In this document: positions 61,001 through 64,000 of the stretch, piece after piece
Numbering within the stretch: the first letter of the stretch is position 1
How the letters are laid out: each line of letters starts with the position of its first letter
Assembly (NCBI GenBank): GCA_043228905.1
Contig: JBHGNT010000017.1
Location: forward strand, 18,538,001-18,602,000
DNA length: 64,000 nt
Direction of reading: 5' to 3'
DNA from: Azolla caroliniana
Lineage: Eukaryota; Plantae; Polypodiophyta
The notes under the pieces: model-generated
What the model was told of the DNA's origin: nothing
Database searches by the model: none
Seen by the model: the letters and a program-made list of their open reading frames with translations, nothing else
Position numbers and translations under genes: made by a program

Positions 61001-62372
61001 TCCGATCCGGGCCTCTCCGGTCCGAACTGTTTTGGTCCAAGCTCTTCTTTCAATCGGTAGTGCCGGTTTCTTTCTCCTTCCGGAAATGCCGACAGTTCTT
61101 CTTGAAGTGTCCTGGCTTCCCACAATAGAAGCACGTGGGCCTCCCCCTTGACTTCGACCTCGTCCCCAATTTGTCCCAGTTTTGGGGACTCTGATACTGG
61201 CCTCTTCCCCGGTTTGCGGTTATCTTCTATGACCAAGGCCTTCGGATTGGTTCTGGACTCCCGGTTCTTCCGACGAGCTTCTTCATCTAGAAAGCTTGAT
61301 TTTACCCTTGCTAGGGACAATTGTTTTCCTTCCGGCCCAACGTTGCCCAACGTGACAACTACCGTCTCCCAACTATCCGGGAGTAATGCAAGTACCTCAT
61401 TGGCAAGAGGTACTTCCAACGAGGTTGCTTGATGTATTAGCCCCTGCAAGGCATTCATGTGCTCCGCCATACTAGAGTTTTCTTGGTACCACCTTCCAGA
61501 ATACCGAAACCCGATTAACGACATTCTTGTTCTGGAACATGATGTCGATCTTCTCCCAGAGTTCATGAGCCTTGCTCTCTTCATTGAAATTGTTGTATAG
61601 GCTCATGTCGATGAAGCACCAGATGTATGCCGTCGTCTTCATGTGCATCACCTCCCACACTGTGGCGTCGATTTTATCCGGTCTCTTTGTCCTTGAATTG
61701 GACCGGCAACCAAAGATCTTTAACCACCAGCATGTCCCTCATCTTCGACTTCCACACTGAGTAGTTGGATCCAAGGATCTTGAACATGCCGCCGAACGAT
61801 TCTTCCATTTCCTATGTTGTTCGCTCTGATACTAGATTGTAGAGAATAGTGCGGAATATTGTTCGGCCACAATCGAGTCTTGAATCACTTCAATGGGAAT
61901 GGAACACAGAAATGGGAAGTAGAGAGTACACAAAGGAAGTACACAGGATGTTTATGTGGAAAACCCAAATAGGGAAAAACCATGGGAGCCCATGGACTCC
62001 AAACTATCACACTATATGAGAAAGGTACTATCAGAGACTCGAAGGCAATGACCTCGAGCTTTGTATCTTCACCAGCCGACGGTTACAACAAAATATCGCT
62101 TTGTATCTCTTACTTTCACTGTCGCTCTCTCTATACAACAATATGACTACAACATAATCTGATTGCCCTAAGACATATTTATACTTATATGAACTTAGGG
62201 CTATTTACAAATATAGCCTCAATAGGCTTACTCAAAAAACATATTTACACATATGTCTTCTCATCTGTTTCTTACCGGATCCATCCGATTCGGTTTCCGA
62301 ATCTCTTCCGGTTCTCACTGGGTCCTCTTTATTCATCACCGGATCCCATTCGGAGGGACCGATTTCCCAACA
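58092..62372 (-). mobile_element. Copia family C element inserted in gag of chromovirus T; RNase H, PPT and half of the 3' LTR deleted
   Basis: Perfect TSD ATGGC (58087-58091, 62373-62377); 5' LTR 61838..62372; PBS variant TAGTATCAGAGC 61823-61834; gag ATG 61808; WVVNSGASFH, LWHKRLCH, LLYVDDMLI; partial 3' LTR 58092..~58328. Confidence 0.95.
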
Positions 62373-62436
62373 ATGGCTTCCATGAGCTGATTTATTTTCT
62401 CAGTAAGATCCGACATGCTGGGGCTTAGAAACTGGG

Positions 62437-62447
62437 AAGGTGAACAA
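62437..62447 (-). promoter_or_regulatory. Self-priming primer binding site (Tf1 type)
   Basis: Element-sense TTGTTCACCTT lies 2 nt after the 5' LTR and is the exact complement of AAGGTGAACAA (62656-62646) in the LTR, ~30 nt downstream of the TATA box. Confidence 0.85.
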
Positions 62448-62449
62448 AC

Positions 62450-62920
62450 TGTCACGAAAGGGTGGAATGAGGCTAAGTACTAAGAGAGAGCGAGAGCATA
62501 AGCAAGATCACAAGATTGTCACGAACAAGTAGACGAGACTCAATATTAAGAGATAACGGGAGAGAGAGCATAGACAAGAGAACAAGCAAGAGAGAGAGAA
62601 AATAGTCAAATGAACAAGAACTTAATTATGCTTTCGTAACTGGTGTTGTTCACCTTGATTGTAATCAAGGTGCACCACAATATTTATACAAGAATGTGGA
62701 GGTATGCATGAAAGCTAGAAGACTTCTAGAGAGTGCATGAAGATGCATTCTCTAGAAGGTTCTTGAAAGTTCTGGTGATCAATCTATAATGAAATAAGTT
62801 GAATCTTATACAATACAATAATGCATAGCCGGATGTACCTCAACTAGTAAGGTTTCTCAATAAGACCATAAGGTCATGGGTTCAACCCCCACCATTCCAT
62901 GTGGCATCCTGTCTATGACA
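62450..62920 (-). repeat. 5' LTR of chromovirus T
   Basis: Matches 47569..48061; minus-strand TATAAATA at 62681-62688. Confidence 0.96.
62829..62899 (+). promoter_or_regulatory. tRNA-like Pol III A box/B box module in the 5' LTR, pointing out of the element
   Basis: GGATG-TACCTCAACTAGTAAGGT (ACCT/AGGT D-stem-like pairing)...AGGTC-ATGGG-TTCAACC-CCCAC-CATTCCA. Confidence 0.75.
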
Positions 62921-64000
62921 AGTAGATGCTCGATCATATTCAGCTGTTTGGTAGACAAGGGTTGGGCAATCGCCTTATGTTTTTACATCTACAAAGGATA
63001 CTATAGAAGCGCTTGGGAATAGCAAAAATAGAGTATATAAAGACCATCGTGTTTTATTCAAGGATTCCCATGTGGAAAAAAGAATAACAAGAGAAGTAAC
63101 ATCTTCTCAAAAGGAGAGACAAGTAGGTTTGACTAATAAGAGGTCTTCTCCATCTCAATCTTGATATGGATTATTTTAACATTTTATCTTGGAACCTTCA
63201 AGGACTAGGTGTGAGCCGTTGTAATAGAGTAAAGTGTTACTTGAATCAAGAACAATCTCTATCTTCTATAGGTAGACTTGATATGGGATGTTTTCAAGAA
63301 CACCATCTTTATTCGTGAAGGATAGTGTCGATTAGAAATTTACTACGTGGTAGTTGGATTTATGAATGGGTTCCCAGTTTTTGGGCCCTCTAGTACTCAA
63401 GGTAGTCTGTGTATCGCACTCATAATGCAATGGTTGTCTCATGTGCAAGCTAATTCTTATTTCTGGTGGTGGTAGAGTTCAATATATGCTTAATATTCTT
63501 ATTTCTAGAAAATTGATTGGTTTTTTGAATGTATATGCTCCGAGTTCTGCTATTGGAAGAATTTGATTGTGGAATATGTTATTGCAAGACCTTCTTGTGG
63601 CACAACATTGATGTATGTGTGGTGATTGGAACATGATTGAAAGTCCTATTGATAGATTAGGTGGATCTTCTACTACTATCTCGGGTTTGGAATTGCATGA
63701 GTGGGAGAAATTAATTTTCAAATATGAAGTTACTTATTTGTGGCATATTCCTACTTTCTCTCACATGTCTGATTCCTTGTTATATTCACGTTCCAATCGA
63801 AGAAGTGACGCCCTCAATTTGTTTAGAATAGATAGGTTTTATGCAGATTCTTTTTTTTTGGGGATCGTGGAGGATATGTGGGTATTATATCAGGCACTTT
63901 TTTCTCTTATCATGCTCCGATTATGCTCAAATTCTATATGAACAACCATACTTCTATTTCTTGATTGTATGTGCCAAGGTTTATTGTTGATGATATGAAT
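62921..64000 (+). mobile_element. L1-type LINE right part: ORF1 end and ORF2 AP-endonuclease relic
   Basis: From ATG 63166: MDYFNILSWNLQGLG; LNVYAP; CGDWNMIESPIDRLGG; RIDRFY. Stops and frameshifts present. Confidence 0.88.

Larger units (their letters stand above)
47569..62920 (-). mobile_element. Complete Tcn1/Tf1-like chromovirus (Ty3/Gypsy, family T) carrying nested insertions
   Basis: LTRs 62450..62920 and 47569..48061; TSD GGTAG/AGTAG; gag from ATG 62416 (MSDLTEKINQLMEA|MHQLQLEN..ISLPDKFDGTR); CLYCGASTH..C; ALLDSRAT; RT YLDD; RNase H; integrase; chromodomain EEYEIDEILDS..YLVLWKGY. Confidence 0.96.

Overview
Land-plant nuclear DNA, probably a non-seed plant (inference from the Tcn1/Tf1-like chromoviruses). 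About two thirds of the window is nested, mostly decayed retrotransposon: at least five Ty1/Copia families (labelled A, B, C, D, F here), several Ty3/Gypsy elements including two chromovirus families, one solo LTR and an L1-type LINE. There is a 100-N gap at 10932-11031. A gene island (about 32.8-44.1 kb) holds two apparently intact minus-strand host genes: a GT61 glycosyltransferase and a six-exon ARID-HMG-box protein. The most interesting signal is in the chromovirus LTRs. Two otherwise dissimilar families carry an antisense tRNA-like module at the outer U3 edge, with Pol III A box and B box at identical 43-nt spacing and a decayed anticodon arm. The family that can be read completely appears to self-prime Tf1-style and so would not need a tRNA primer. 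Other observations are U5:AUG duplexes in two Copia families, a ~56-bp-period hairpin array in a Copia leader, and a conserved Pol C-terminal extension with a doubled PPT. Family letters are my own labels. Boundaries without a TSD are approximate. No searches were run.
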